From assembly GCA_048882325.1 (NCBI GenBank), contig JBHLRS010000006.1:1-64000 (forward strand): a DNA stretch of 64,000 nucleotides, written 5' to 3'. The notes beneath the pieces were generated by a model that ran no database searches, had not been told where the DNA came from, and was given only the letters and a program-made list of their open reading frames with translations. This stretch comes from Candidatus Thorarchaeota archaeon. Its GTDB lineage: Archaea; Asgardarchaeota; Thorarchaeia; Thorarchaeales; Thorarchaeaceae. The position numbers were made by a program, and so were the translations under genes. Positions 16,906-26,377 of the stretch are shown in pieces (position 1 is the first letter of the stretch; each line of letters opens with the position of its first letter).

Positions 16906-18216
16906 ATGAAAGCACGGATTGCTCACATCTCCGATACCCATCTTGGGGCTCGTCCAAGAAGTGGTGTACGCCACAACGTTTGGGGAGAGGAGATGCGATC
17001 TCAGCTGCTTGAGAACGATTTCTACGAGCGATTCCGAGAGATCTTTGACAAAATAGCAGAACTAAATCCTCCCGTCGATCTGGTTGTTCACTCTGGAGAC
17101 CTCTATAACTCACCCTGGGAAGGAAATCCTTCACAACCTCCTGTTGTCGCTCAAGAAATTGCAATCCAAACCTTACAGAATTTCATTGAGAGGACCAACA
17201 TACCTGTCCTAATCATTGAAGGAAATCATGGTCTCTATAGACTACTAGAGGTTTCTCTTTTGGATAGTTTGAAACTTGCCGTTCCAGGAATGGCTGTTGC
17301 AACGCAACAGGATTTGAAACAAGCTGTGAGAGCTGGAGAACCACTTGTCAGGTCATTCGAAAATCTTGACGTCTATTGTTTCCCATTCATGGATGCAGCA
17401 GTCCTCCATTCTGCAGGATTGACAGCCAGCTTTGATGACTGGATAACTTCACACCAAAGCAGAGTTAGATCACGACCCTCAATTGCTGTGGCACATGGAA
17501 TGGACATTGATGGTACTCTGTTCAAAAGCATATTCTCTATGGATTACGATTACATTGCTCTTGGTCATGATCACCATCAACACGAACAGTCCAAGGGGGC
17601 TTGGTATGCAGGATCTCCTGAAAGATGGAGGTTCGACGAGAGTCGACATGATAAGGGTTTCTTGGTGATTGATGTTGATGTTGGTTCAAAACCTGTTGTG
17701 ACTCCCCAGATTCTCCAGTTTGATAGGCTTGTTCTGAATGAGAAAATCACTATATCCAAAGATGACACTATTGAGTCAATTACGGACAAGGTCTATTCTC
17801 TCTTTGACAAGAAAGGTGTGAAAGCTGACTGGAATCCAATCACTGCTGCGAGGATTCGCCTTGTGTTTGAGGGAAAAGCTGCTCGTGTGAGTTCCTTTGA
17901 TCTTGGGTTGGCACTTGAAGCTTTGAGAATCAAAGTTCTAGCAAAGGACTCGATTTACAACATTGCTCAATTGGTCTGGGTTGTCAGACAGTCTGTAGAT
18001 AGTGAGTTCACTGCAGCTTCTTACCCTGAAATTGAGTCTGAGTACCTAATTGAGGATCCTGAGGAAGATTTCCATGCCTATCTTGACACCCTAGATATTG
18101 ACGAGAGTCTAGACACCGATGTTCTGACGAAGATTGCCGTTCGTGCGCTTGAGCATGCAGTTGGAAAGAAAGAAGGTCGGTTGAATTCAGAATCTGTTAT
18201 GGAGGACGATAAATGA
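16906..18216 (+). CDS. mre11: Mre11 nuclease
   Basis: HISDTHLG, SGDLY, GNHG, VAHG, ALGHDH, YAGSPE. Confidence 0.93.
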   Translation: MKARIAHISDTHLGARPRSGVRHNVWGEEMRSQLLENDFYERFREIFDKIAELNPPVDLVVHSGDLYNSPWEGNPSQPPVVAQEIAIQTLQNFIERTNIPVLIIEGNHGLYRLLEVSLLDSLKLAVPGMAVATQQDLKQAVRAGEPLVRSFENLDVYCFPFMDAAVLHSAGLTASFDDWITSHQSRVRSRPSIAVAHGMDIDGTLFKSIFSMDYDYIALGHDHHQHEQSKGAWYAGSPERWRFDESRHDKGFLVIDVDVGSKPVVTPQILQFDRLVLNEKITISKDDTIESITDKVYSLFDKKGVKADWNPITAARIRLVFEGKAARVSSFDLGLALEALRIKVLAKDSIYNIAQLVWVVRQSVDSEFTAASYPEIESEYLIEDPEEDFHAYLDTLDIDESLDTDVLTKIAVRALEHAVGKKEGRLNSESVMEDDK

Positions 18217-20297
18217 AGATCCTACAGCTTCAGGTTCGAAACTTCAAACCGTTCACCAATCTCACTCTTCCCGAAGGAGATGTTGAACTGCCAGATGGCC
18301 TTATTCTTATTCGAGGTCCCAATTCTACAGGAAAATCTTCGCTCTTTGAAGCAATCCTTTGGGGTCTCTGGGGTGCAGAATCTGTCGGTCTTACAAATGA
18401 TGAGCTCATAAACTTCAGTTCAACTTCCTGTAGAGTAATTATCACATTTCAGGTTGCAGGAACTCAATACAAGATAGACAGATCATACGACCCAGCTAAT
18501 AAGATGGCTGTTGTGTTGTTCACAAAGAAAGATGATGCCTGGAAGCGAATTGCTGACAAAAGCAAATCCGTTAATTCCAAGCTTGATGAGATACTTAGTC
18601 TTGAACTCAATCAAGCTCTGAGTACTCTTCTAGTTCGTCAAGGAGAGGTTGCAGTCATAGCAAATGCAACTGCCTCGGTGTTAAGAGACCTCCTTGTGAA
18701 GATCTATGACATTGATTTGCTTAATCAGATGTCTGTTCATCTTGAGAGTCTTGAAAAAGACATTCAATCTAGAGTGGATGCTTTGGAGTCTGATTACACA
18801 CGCCCTGAGCAATTAGATGAACAGATTGAAGGGTGTAAAAACCGAATCCGTGAGTTTGAATCAGGATTGGGACAGAAAAAGGAGCAGCTTGAAACCTCTG
18901 AGAAACTGCTTCGTGATATACCAGATGCTGATATGCTGAAAAGACTTCATGAGCTTGACACAAAGCTTGAATCACTCAGGAGAGAAGTTGATGTAGCGAG
19001 CGAAGGATTGATTGCTGATTTGGAACAAGCAGGTGGCCTTACTCTTGATGCTAGCGCGTCAATTCTTAATGCACGACTGGATGCTCTTGAAAAAGGGAGA
19101 AAACGAATTGAAAAAGAACGGAAAGGACTCAAGGGCAAAATTCAGGTATTGGACCAAGAAATAGGACTGATTTCAGGAACAAATCGTGACCTTGAGGAGA
19201 AGATAGAAGTTCTAGCTGCTGCTGGGGCTGATGACATCATAGAGTGTCCTACATGCGCAAAACCCCTTTCTTTGGCTGAGCGAGAAAGACTCGTGGCAGA
19301 ATACAAAACAACAATCAATCAAGGGGAAACTAAGAGGAAAGACCTTGAGAAGAAGAAGGAAACTCTTGTAACTTCCTCTGAAGACTTTGAGGATCAATTA
19401 GCTCGAATGGCTAAGAGCGAGGACGCAGCAAAGAGAGCTAGTCAGGGTAAGAAAAGAGTTGACAAAGCGCAGGAGAAGGTCTTCAAAGTTGAGCAAGAGT
19501 ATACATCCCTGCTTGAAGAGTGTGGAATCAAAGATTTGGGTTCACTACTCAAGAAATATTCTGAGGATAATGTTTTGGACCTAAGGAAGAAGGTCACATC
19601 CTTTGAGGCAACAATGAAAGCACTCCAAAATCAAATAGAAGAGAGTGAGAAAAACATTCAGAGAGAAAGGGATGAAATCCTCAGGATTGAAAGCAAACGG
19701 ACTCAAATGGAGCGAATCGGTTCTGAGATTGCTGAATTCAAGAATATGAATGAACATGCGAAGTACGTCCGAATAAAACTAGTTCGCGGATTTGTGACTG
19801 ACTACGTGTTCCAGAAACGACTACTTGGTATCATTCGAGGTGCGACTAATCCATATGTTCGATCTTTTACTAATGGTCAATACACTGCAATTGATCTTGA
19901 ACCTACTGAAGCTAAAGGTCGGGGAGGCGCAGGACTACTTCTGAAGATCTGGGATGAACGAGACCAAGCTTGGAAAAAGACCTCTCAACTTAGTTTCGGC
20001 GATAGAACCGCCATCAGTCTCGCGCTACGAATGGGAATCAGCAGGACCATGAGCAGCATTCGACCACTCAAAGATAGTCCCATAGTAACACCTCGAGTTC
20101 GTTCAGTTCTTCTCGATGAACCTCTCGGAGGTCTTGATAGGGCTCGACGTGAGGCGGTAGTAAGGAATCTAATCAATGATCAAAGTTTCGAACAGATACT
20201 CTTGATCACACACACTGATGTTCAAGGCTGGGAAGGAGTTCCTGTCATTGATGTATCAAAAACTGGTGCATCAAGCAATGCGGTCCTTGAAATGTAA
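18213..20297 (+). CDS. rad50: Rad50 ABC-ATPase with a short coiled coil
   Basis: GPNSTGKSS, Q-loop RQGE, Zn hook CPTC, signature LSFGD, LLDEPLGGLD, ITH; ATGA overlap with mre11. Confidence 0.93.
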   Translation: MKILQLQVRNFKPFTNLTLPEGDVELPDGLILIRGPNSTGKSSLFEAILWGLWGAESVGLTNDELINFSSTSCRVIITFQVAGTQYKIDRSYDPANKMAVVLFTKKDDAWKRIADKSKSVNSKLDEILSLELNQALSTLLVRQGEVAVIANATASVLRDLLVKIYDIDLLNQMSVHLESLEKDIQSRVDALESDYTRPEQLDEQIEGCKNRIREFESGLGQKKEQLETSEKLLRDIPDADMLKRLHELDTKLESLRREVDVASEGLIADLEQAGGLTLDASASILNARLDALEKGRKRIEKERKGLKGKIQVLDQEIGLISGTNRDLEEKIEVLAAAGADDIIECPTCAKPLSLAERERLVAEYKTTINQGETKRKDLEKKKETLVTSSEDFEDQLARMAKSEDAAKRASQGKKRVDKAQEKVFKVEQEYTSLLEECGIKDLGSLLKKYSEDNVLDLRKKVTSFEATMKALQNQIEESEKNIQRERDEILRIESKRTQMERIGSEIAEFKNMNEHAKYVRIKLVRGFVTDYVFQKRLLGIIRGATNPYVRSFTNGQYTAIDLEPTEAKGRGGAGLLLKIWDERDQAWKKTSQLSFGDRTAISLALRMGISRTMSSIRPLKDSPIVTPRVRSVLLDEPLGGLDRARREAVVRNLINDQSFEQILLITHTDVQGWEGVPVIDVSKTGASSNAVLEM

Positions 20298-20351
20298 TTA
20301 GGCGCAGGCGTTGGAACATATATTAATCAGTAAACAGACCTCGAAAACATT

Positions 20352-22646
20352 ATGCATTTACTCGAAGAAGGTCGCAATCGAATTCGACAAGTTGCAACCA
20401 GAGTCGATAAACGACTCCTTCGAGCTGGAAAACATGCTGCAAAAACTCTGGTTGAATACAGACTCCTCATCTCTGTGCTTCTCATTGGGTTCATCGTGTG
20501 GGCAATTGTCTTCAACATCGCAGTCATCGACTACACAAACACCAATAATTGGCACTCAAGATCTGCATGGCTAGGACCATTCCCGAACCCAGGGACAGTT
20601 CAAATCTTTGGTTACACTGTCGAGTATCAGATAGAGGGCTATAGCGATTATTCCTTCTACTATGTTCATTGGGGATACAACTCTCTCTTCGGAGTTATGC
20701 CCTATTCTGGAGATTATGGTGTTCTGGAAATGGATGGAATCACCAATCGGAATGGCGCTCACATGTTTCCTCCCTTCACCTCCTACCTCTATGCTGCAGG
20801 AATTGCCCTGAGCAATTTCATGGGTTGGAAGAACTGGGGAATTGGGTTTTTGATTGCAGCCTTAGGATACCTAACAGCCCTTCCGGTCTATGGTATTGCT
20901 AGTGAGGTGTCGTCCAATCGACGGGTAGGCGAAGTTGCGGCTCTGACATATCTGCTGAATCCATTGATGCTCTATCACACGGATTTTCTTTGGTTCAATC
21001 CAGCCCCATTCGTCTTCTTCTTCTTTGCAGGTTTTTACATGCTAGTCCGTAACAAAAGACTAACCGGAACGCTTCTCATCGTGTCTGCGGCATTATTCAA
21101 GCAGACTGCATGGTTTCTCGGGATTCCACTCGTAATATATCTCCTTGTGAAACCGAGAGAGCGGAAGAATAAAGACAATGAAGCATCTGAGCCATCTGAC
21201 GACCTAAATTCTGAGGATGATGTGTCTACCAATCTCAATGAACGATTCCGTGCCAATTTACAGCCTCTGATTGACTACTTTGATTATCGAAATTTCCTGG
21301 TGAGTGTGATCTCAGTCCTCATCTTCGTGGGTGCTGTTATGCTGCCCTTCTTCATAGCACAGCTCAACTTCTGGCGGTTTTGGCGGTTAGCTTTGGGTTC
21401 CTTCACTATTGAGGACTTCACAAAGCTCCCACCATATAATGTTCCAATGAGACTACAGGTCCTTGCTATTGTCGCTGGTAAACCAGAGCTTGCTAAACTC
21501 CTTGATACTATTATAGTGTCAGGAGGGCCACTAATGTTTGGTGTCATACTTTGCGCTGGACTGATGGTCCTTCTAGACAAATTCATCGGCGAGGAGAAGC
21601 TCTATCTTCGTCGCTTGTTGTTCTTGACACTGCTGTTGATGCTAACCGTAACGCTCTTCGGTCCACGAGGAGTCTTCAAGTATTATTTTGTCATGCTCAT
21701 GCCATTCTTCTCGATATTCTCCTCAGCTAGAATGATCCGAGGGTCTGGAGACCATGTGCCATTTTCAGCCTCAATGGTGTGGTTACCAATCACACTGACC
21801 CTCCTGATTCTCATACCTGATCGCAACATCTACATGGCATTTGTGCTTCTGATATTTCTAGGTTACTTACTGACTCCTCTATGGGACCGACTTTACCATC
21901 TTGTGAAAGCACCATGTAGACTCCTTAAGGGCTCTGTCCAGAAGAGGTTGAATATCTATCAGGCACCTTTTGTGGTAGAAGAGCTACCGTTTGACGCATC
22001 AAGGAAACGATACACTGCTAACATCATCACTCAAGGAATTCTGTTAGGTTTAGGATTCTTCCTTGTATTATTTGGTTGGAGGGCCACTCAAATGGCACTG
22101 TATGTAGACATGGTAACAGGACTAGAGGTGATTCTTGTCTTCAGTGCAGCCTTTGTTATTGGATTCCAGATTCTCTCAATAGCTATCAGCATTACCCTTG
22201 ATAGCAAGATACGAGTGGATTATGCTAACCAAAGAGTTGGAGAGTTCTCTTCGATGACAGCAGTAGTCATCTGGGTCTATAGTATCCTGAGCTACTTCCA
22301 GAGCTGGCCTATAAATCAGACCCCAGAGAGACACCTGATTGTCCTCACCAGTGTGTTCATCTCTCTTTGGGCGGTATCACTTCGGATAAAGCAGGGCAAA
22401 CGAGAGAGAATAATTACTGATTTCATACTCATCGGCGGTTTGACAGTAGGTCTTATTGCTTGGTCCATAGTTGGTGCTGTGAATATCTTTCTTCTAGGTA
22501 GTATAGGCCTATGCGCTTTGATAGTACATCTCCTTCTTGTTTCCGTACATTACTTCGATAAAAAGGTCGAAGCCCATCTAGATGATTTAGACACTTCACA
22601 GATTGAGATGAGTGCAAGTCCTGACGACGGTGTGAAAGACCAATGA
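20352..22646 (+). CDS. GT-C-fold polytopic glycosyltransferase (GT87/PIG-M-like) with an extra C-terminal membrane domain
   Basis: EGYSDY.FYY...PYS, FPP...YLY, YLLNPL, LFKQ, PRGVFKYY; many TM segments. Confidence 0.75.
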   Translation: MHLLEEGRNRIRQVATRVDKRLLRAGKHAAKTLVEYRLLISVLLIGFIVWAIVFNIAVIDYTNTNNWHSRSAWLGPFPNPGTVQIFGYTVEYQIEGYSDYSFYYVHWGYNSLFGVMPYSGDYGVLEMDGITNRNGAHMFPPFTSYLYAAGIALSNFMGWKNWGIGFLIAALGYLTALPVYGIASEVSSNRRVGEVAALTYLLNPLMLYHTDFLWFNPAPFVFFFFAGFYMLVRNKRLTGTLLIVSAALFKQTAWFLGIPLVIYLLVKPRERKNKDNEASEPSDDLNSEDDVSTNLNERFRANLQPLIDYFDYRNFLVSVISVLIFVGAVMLPFFIAQLNFWRFWRLALGSFTIEDFTKLPPYNVPMRLQVLAIVAGKPELAKLLDTIIVSGGPLMFGVILCAGLMVLLDKFIGEEKLYLRRLLFLTLLLMLTVTLFGPRGVFKYYFVMLMPFFSIFSSARMIRGSGDHVPFSASMVWLPITLTLLILIPDRNIYMAFVLLIFLGYLLTPLWDRLYHLVKAPCRLLKGSVQKRLNIYQAPFVVEELPFDASRKRYTANIITQGILLGLGFFLVLFGWRATQMALYVDMVTGLEVILVFSAAFVIGFQILSIAISITLDSKIRVDYANQRVGEFSSMTAVVIWVYSILSYFQSWPINQTPERHLIVLTSVFISLWAVSLRIKQGKRERIITDFILIGGLTVGLIAWSIVGAVNIFLLGSIGLCALIVHLLLVSVHYFDKKVEAHLDDLDTSQIEMSASPDDGVKDQ

Positions 22647-24130
22647 ATGACTCTGACAGTTCACGATTAGCAGAATTCAAGTCATTCCTAAAATCTAATC
22701 GTGTACTTGTTTTCATCCTAATAGCAGCAGCTGTAGTTTGGGGTCTTATTTTTGCACAAGCAACATATGACTACATCATGTTGCAAACTTGGAATGGGTG
22801 GGGTCAGTTCAATATATTCGGATTCACAATCCATTTTCAATTTGAAGGTTGGTCCGACTACTCCTATTACTATCAGACCTGGGGTGACCGATTTCTCAGT
22901 GGATTTACCCCATACTCGAGCGCTTTTGACTATGTAACTGTCGACCACTACGTCCCCTACTTCTTTCCACCATTGTACCTGTATCTCTGTGTCTTAGGAA
23001 ACTCTCTTCCAATAGATCCCTTTGGTACTGCAGTCCTGCTGTGTGTGTTTGGTTTTGCCACGGCGTTTCCGATATATGGTATTGCTACATTTATCTCTGA
23101 TAGCAAACGGATCGGTGAGATAGCAGCAGCGACATACCTGTTTAATCCGCTGATTCTCTTTCACACAACCTATACTTGGTTGAATCCTGCACCATTTGTG
23201 TTCTTCATAATTTTGTCATTCTACCTTCTTATGAAACAACATCGACTCACCGGAACGTTGGCAATGGTCACTGCAGCTCTCTTCAAACAGACCGCATTCT
23301 TCTTGGCTCTCCCGTTGATAGCATATCTCATAAAGACACCACCCTCCAATGATCTCGATGTTGTCCAAGAAGCGGACGAGTCTCGGGTACTTGGAGATCA
23401 GACTGAAGTCCGCGGATTTTTAAAAATGACTGTCATTGTCTTGGTTTATTTCCTCATCATTTCCTTTCCATACATAATCGATTTCCGTAATTATTTCTAC
23501 TACATCTTCCAGAGACCTGGCATGTCTCTATTTGATGATTACACAAGTCTTCCAGCTGGAAATGCACCTATCTCATTCGCTGTATTGTTTATCTACTTCG
23601 GAGCACCTGAAGCGCTCACCCGAATAATCAATATCGCTACTGCTTACTCCTTGTTCATTGTCATTGGAGTTCTCATTACTTTCGTACCGATGCTTCTTGA
23701 GGTGAAAGATGATCGGAATCTTCCTCTCTATTGGCGAAGGATGTTGTACTTCACTTTGCTCATGTTACTCATAGTCCATATCTTCTCTCCACGTGGAATT
23801 TACAAGTACTATCTGGTGGCTCTCATTCCATTTTTCTCGATACTATCCAGTGAGAGGGTGATTACCAAACATTCAGAGAAAATCAAAACCTCATTGCCCA
23901 TGATCATCAATCCATTCCTGCTAACCATAGCGATACTCATGCCCAATCGAATCATCTATCTAGCTGTGCTAATCCTACTACTGGCAACCTACATTTTCTA
24001 CAAAGAATTCGGTCTTGTCTATACCCTCATCAGTGAGCCCTTATCACCTGTTCGAGCCCGTATAGTAAGGATATTCCTCTCTGAAAGCATGACAACAAAT
24101 ACATCAAGATCTCTCAGAAATGGCAGATAG
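22643..24130 (+). CDS. GT-C-fold glycosyltransferase, paralogue of the upstream gene
   Basis: EGWSDYSYYY...PYS, FFPPLYLYL, YLFNPL, LFKQ, PRGIYKYY; ATGA overlap with the upstream gene. Confidence 0.78.
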   Translation: MNDSDSSRLAEFKSFLKSNRVLVFILIAAAVVWGLIFAQATYDYIMLQTWNGWGQFNIFGFTIHFQFEGWSDYSYYYQTWGDRFLSGFTPYSSAFDYVTVDHYVPYFFPPLYLYLCVLGNSLPIDPFGTAVLLCVFGFATAFPIYGIATFISDSKRIGEIAAATYLFNPLILFHTTYTWLNPAPFVFFIILSFYLLMKQHRLTGTLAMVTAALFKQTAFFLALPLIAYLIKTPPSNDLDVVQEADESRVLGDQTEVRGFLKMTVIVLVYFLIISFPYIIDFRNYFYYIFQRPGMSLFDDYTSLPAGNAPISFAVLFIYFGAPEALTRIINIATAYSLFIVIGVLITFVPMLLEVKDDRNLPLYWRRMLYFTLLMLLIVHIFSPRGIYKYYLVALIPFFSILSSERVITKHSEKIKTSLPMIINPFLLTIAILMPNRIIYLAVLILLLATYIFYKEFGLVYTLISEPLSPVRARIVRIFLSESMTTNTSRSLRNGR

Positions 24131-25294
24131 TTCACTTTCTTTCGCGTCTATTTTCTTCTTTAGACTCTTGATTTGGGTATCAAGTTTAGCAACCTGTTCT
24201 GTGTACACTTCTTCAGGCATAGCGCCTGTAGCATGTCGCGCTTCAATATGTTTTCGAAGGTCTTCAACTGATCTCATCTCCTTCTTGAGTGCTATCAGGT
24301 CACCTTCAATCGCTGCAGACTTGCTCTCATCTGCAGTCTTGAATTGCTTTGCAGGAATCATGATTCCTAGTTGGTGTTGCGTCTTTTCAGCAAAGTCTTG
24401 AAACTGGTCTCGCAACATCTCAATGTTCGTGTCAACGTTGGATACCTGCTCTTTCACTTTGGAGATATCTTTCTGAAGGTCAAATACAGCATTTACAAGG
24501 CGTTTCAAGGTCTTCTCTACTTCTGCACTTGCCATGGAGTCTTCATCAGGTTCATCTTTTCCTCTCTTTTGTCTCTCAGCTTTTTCTTGTTCCTTGACCA
24601 ATGCACTAGGCTTAGCCATCTGAAGTTCTCCACTCAACCACCGGAAGGCGTTTAATGCAAAGTTTGCATTGCCCTTATGCTTAAGGCCACCTCCTTTTCT
24701 AAACACCTCATAACTACCGATACACATCACTCTTCCTTTGCCGATTTCAGCAATGGCGATAACAGCTGCTTTACCAGGCTCTGCTGTGTCTGATGTCAGA
24801 GCAAGCGTTTGAGCTTTTCCAGTTACTCTTAGACTGCACGCAGAGGGAATTAGTAAATCCCCTACATCCTCTGTAGAAGGATGGGCTTTTACGTCAGTTA
24901 TAATCGGCATTGTTGGTAGACCTGCATTATTTCGCTCATCTTTCACTGCTGTGTTTTCAAACGTGATGCCAAATTCATCGGAGATCTTTGACATGTTATT
25001 CATCAGTCCCCTGTCTCCGCCTGACAGAGAAAGGAGCAATAGTCCGCCTCCATTCTTAACATATTTCTGTAGGACATCTATCTCGGCTGGTCTAACCTTT
25101 GAGCTATTTGGACAACCGAACACCATTACATCTGCATCCTTCAGATTCTTTGCTAGAATCATGAACTCAGTATATGCCTCGATATCGAAGTCATTGTCTT
25201 GTAGCAGCTGTCCTAGTTCAGAGTAGGTACTTTCAAGTCTACCACGTTCATTTTGGGTCTGGTCAAAGAGTATTTTCTTTCTCCGTCCGCTCAA
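24104..25294 (-). CDS. GIFT (GldG/IFT52; DUF4350-like) domain protein with C-terminal coiled coil
   Basis: ILFDQTQNE..YSEL..LL..L.DADVMVFGCP....AEIDVL.KYVKNGGGLLLL..GGD...NN......FGI.F; GRV..IG; N..F..N..RWL. TTG start at 25294 with GGTG SD. Confidence 0.8.
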   Translation of the reverse strand: MSGRRKKILFDQTQNERGRLESTYSELGQLLQDNDFDIEAYTEFMILAKNLKDADVMVFGCPNSSKVRPAEIDVLQKYVKNGGGLLLLSLSGGDRGLMNNMSKISDEFGITFENTAVKDERNNAGLPTMPIITDVKAHPSTEDVGDLLIPSACSLRVTGKAQTLALTSDTAEPGKAAVIAIAEIGKGRVMCIGSYEVFRKGGGLKHKGNANFALNAFRWLSGELQMAKPSALVKEQEKAERQKRGKDEPDEDSMASAEVEKTLKRLVNAVFDLQKDISKVKEQVSNVDTNIEMLRDQFQDFAEKTQHQLGIMIPAKQFKTADESKSAAIEGDLIALKKEMRSVEDLRKHIEARHATGAMPEEVYTEQVAKLDTQIKSLKKKIDAKESELSAISERS

Positions 25295-25412
25295 GAGGAT
25301 GCACCAATGGTAACGGTTTGTAGTCAACGCTTTACGGATGCGCTAATAGTACTTCCGTAGACAGTCTCACCCATTCGAACACTTTATCTCCTTGCGATAC
25401 AAGAACACATGT

Positions 25413-25841
25413 ATGAGCGAGGAGAACTGCCTTTTCTGCAAGATAGTCCGTGGTGAGATGCCTGCTTCCATTATTTTCGAGGATAGAGAAAGCATAGCTT
25501 TCATGGATGTGTTTCCAGTTATTGAAGGTCATTGCCTCTTGATTCCAAGAAAACATTTCGAGAATATGTATGATGTTGACCCTGAGATTGTCGCTCATCT
25601 CGCAAAGAACCTTGCAGACTTAACAAAGAGAGTACAGAAAGCAACAGGTGCAGAGGGAGTCCTAAACATTGCAGCCAACGGTGAAGGAGCTGGACAGGAA
25701 ATTCCTCATCTACACTTTCATGTAATTCCAAGAAACAAGAACTCGCAATTTGGGTTCAAGTTTCCACCCGACTATCGAAACTCGATGGCTCCCAGAGAAG
25801 AGCTTGATAAAATAGCCAAGAAGATACGAGAAGCCACCTAA
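25413..25841 (+). CDS. HIT family hydrolase
   Basis: CLFCKI, GHCLLIP, AGQEIPHLHFHVIPR. Confidence 0.95.
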   Translation: MSEENCLFCKIVRGEMPASIIFEDRESIAFMDVFPVIEGHCLLIPRKHFENMYDVDPEIVAHLAKNLADLTKRVQKATGAEGVLNIAANGEGAGQEIPHLHFHVIPRNKNSQFGFKFPPDYRNSMAPREELDKIAKKIREAT

Positions 25842-26272
25842 TCGATGTGAAGCAGATTCAAACCAGTCATATCATCTCTTTTTCTGATCAATTCGATCTC
25901 TGTTTCTATGATTACTAGTTCCATGGTAACAGAAACCTCGCATCCTGGCAGTAAATGACCTCCCCAACATTTTCCAGCCTCATCAGCTACAATCATGTGT
26001 GCGTGTACGACAATATTACTCTCATGTGTAGAGATATCACCAATACAGGACACTACCTCGACATCCTCATCCACCGTGAAGTCACGGTATTCAGATGTTT
26101 GCCTGTGGAAGTATCCCAGCTTAGCTTTTGACACCGCACCAATAAGGCTGAGCTGAGCTGATTTCACACCGTGCTCCTTCGCGACAGTTTCTATCGATGC
26201 CAGCACATCTTCTCCGGGGTCCATACGAGCAAAAATCACCCGTTTGATTTCGGTCTGAACTGAGCGAACCAT
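25838..26272 (-). CDS. PPC/DUF296 domain protein
   Basis: R.DPGEDV, IGAVS, EVVSC.G.I, HAH....D..G..WGGHL, TME. Confidence 0.92.
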   Translation of the reverse strand: MVRSVQTEIKRVIFARMDPGEDVLASIETVAKEHGVKSAQLSLIGAVSKAKLGYFHRQTSEYRDFTVDEDVEVVSCIGDISTHESNIVVHAHMIVADEAGKCWGGHLLPGCEVSVTMELVIIETEIELIRKRDDMTGLNLLHID

Positions 26273-26377
26273 ATCCAAAGATTGTATGGAACCGACTAAT
26301 GAAGTACTCGTATTCTCAATAAAAAGCGAGAGAAGCGCTTATCAGGGGTGGACAAACCACTATAGCTGTGAACTGTA

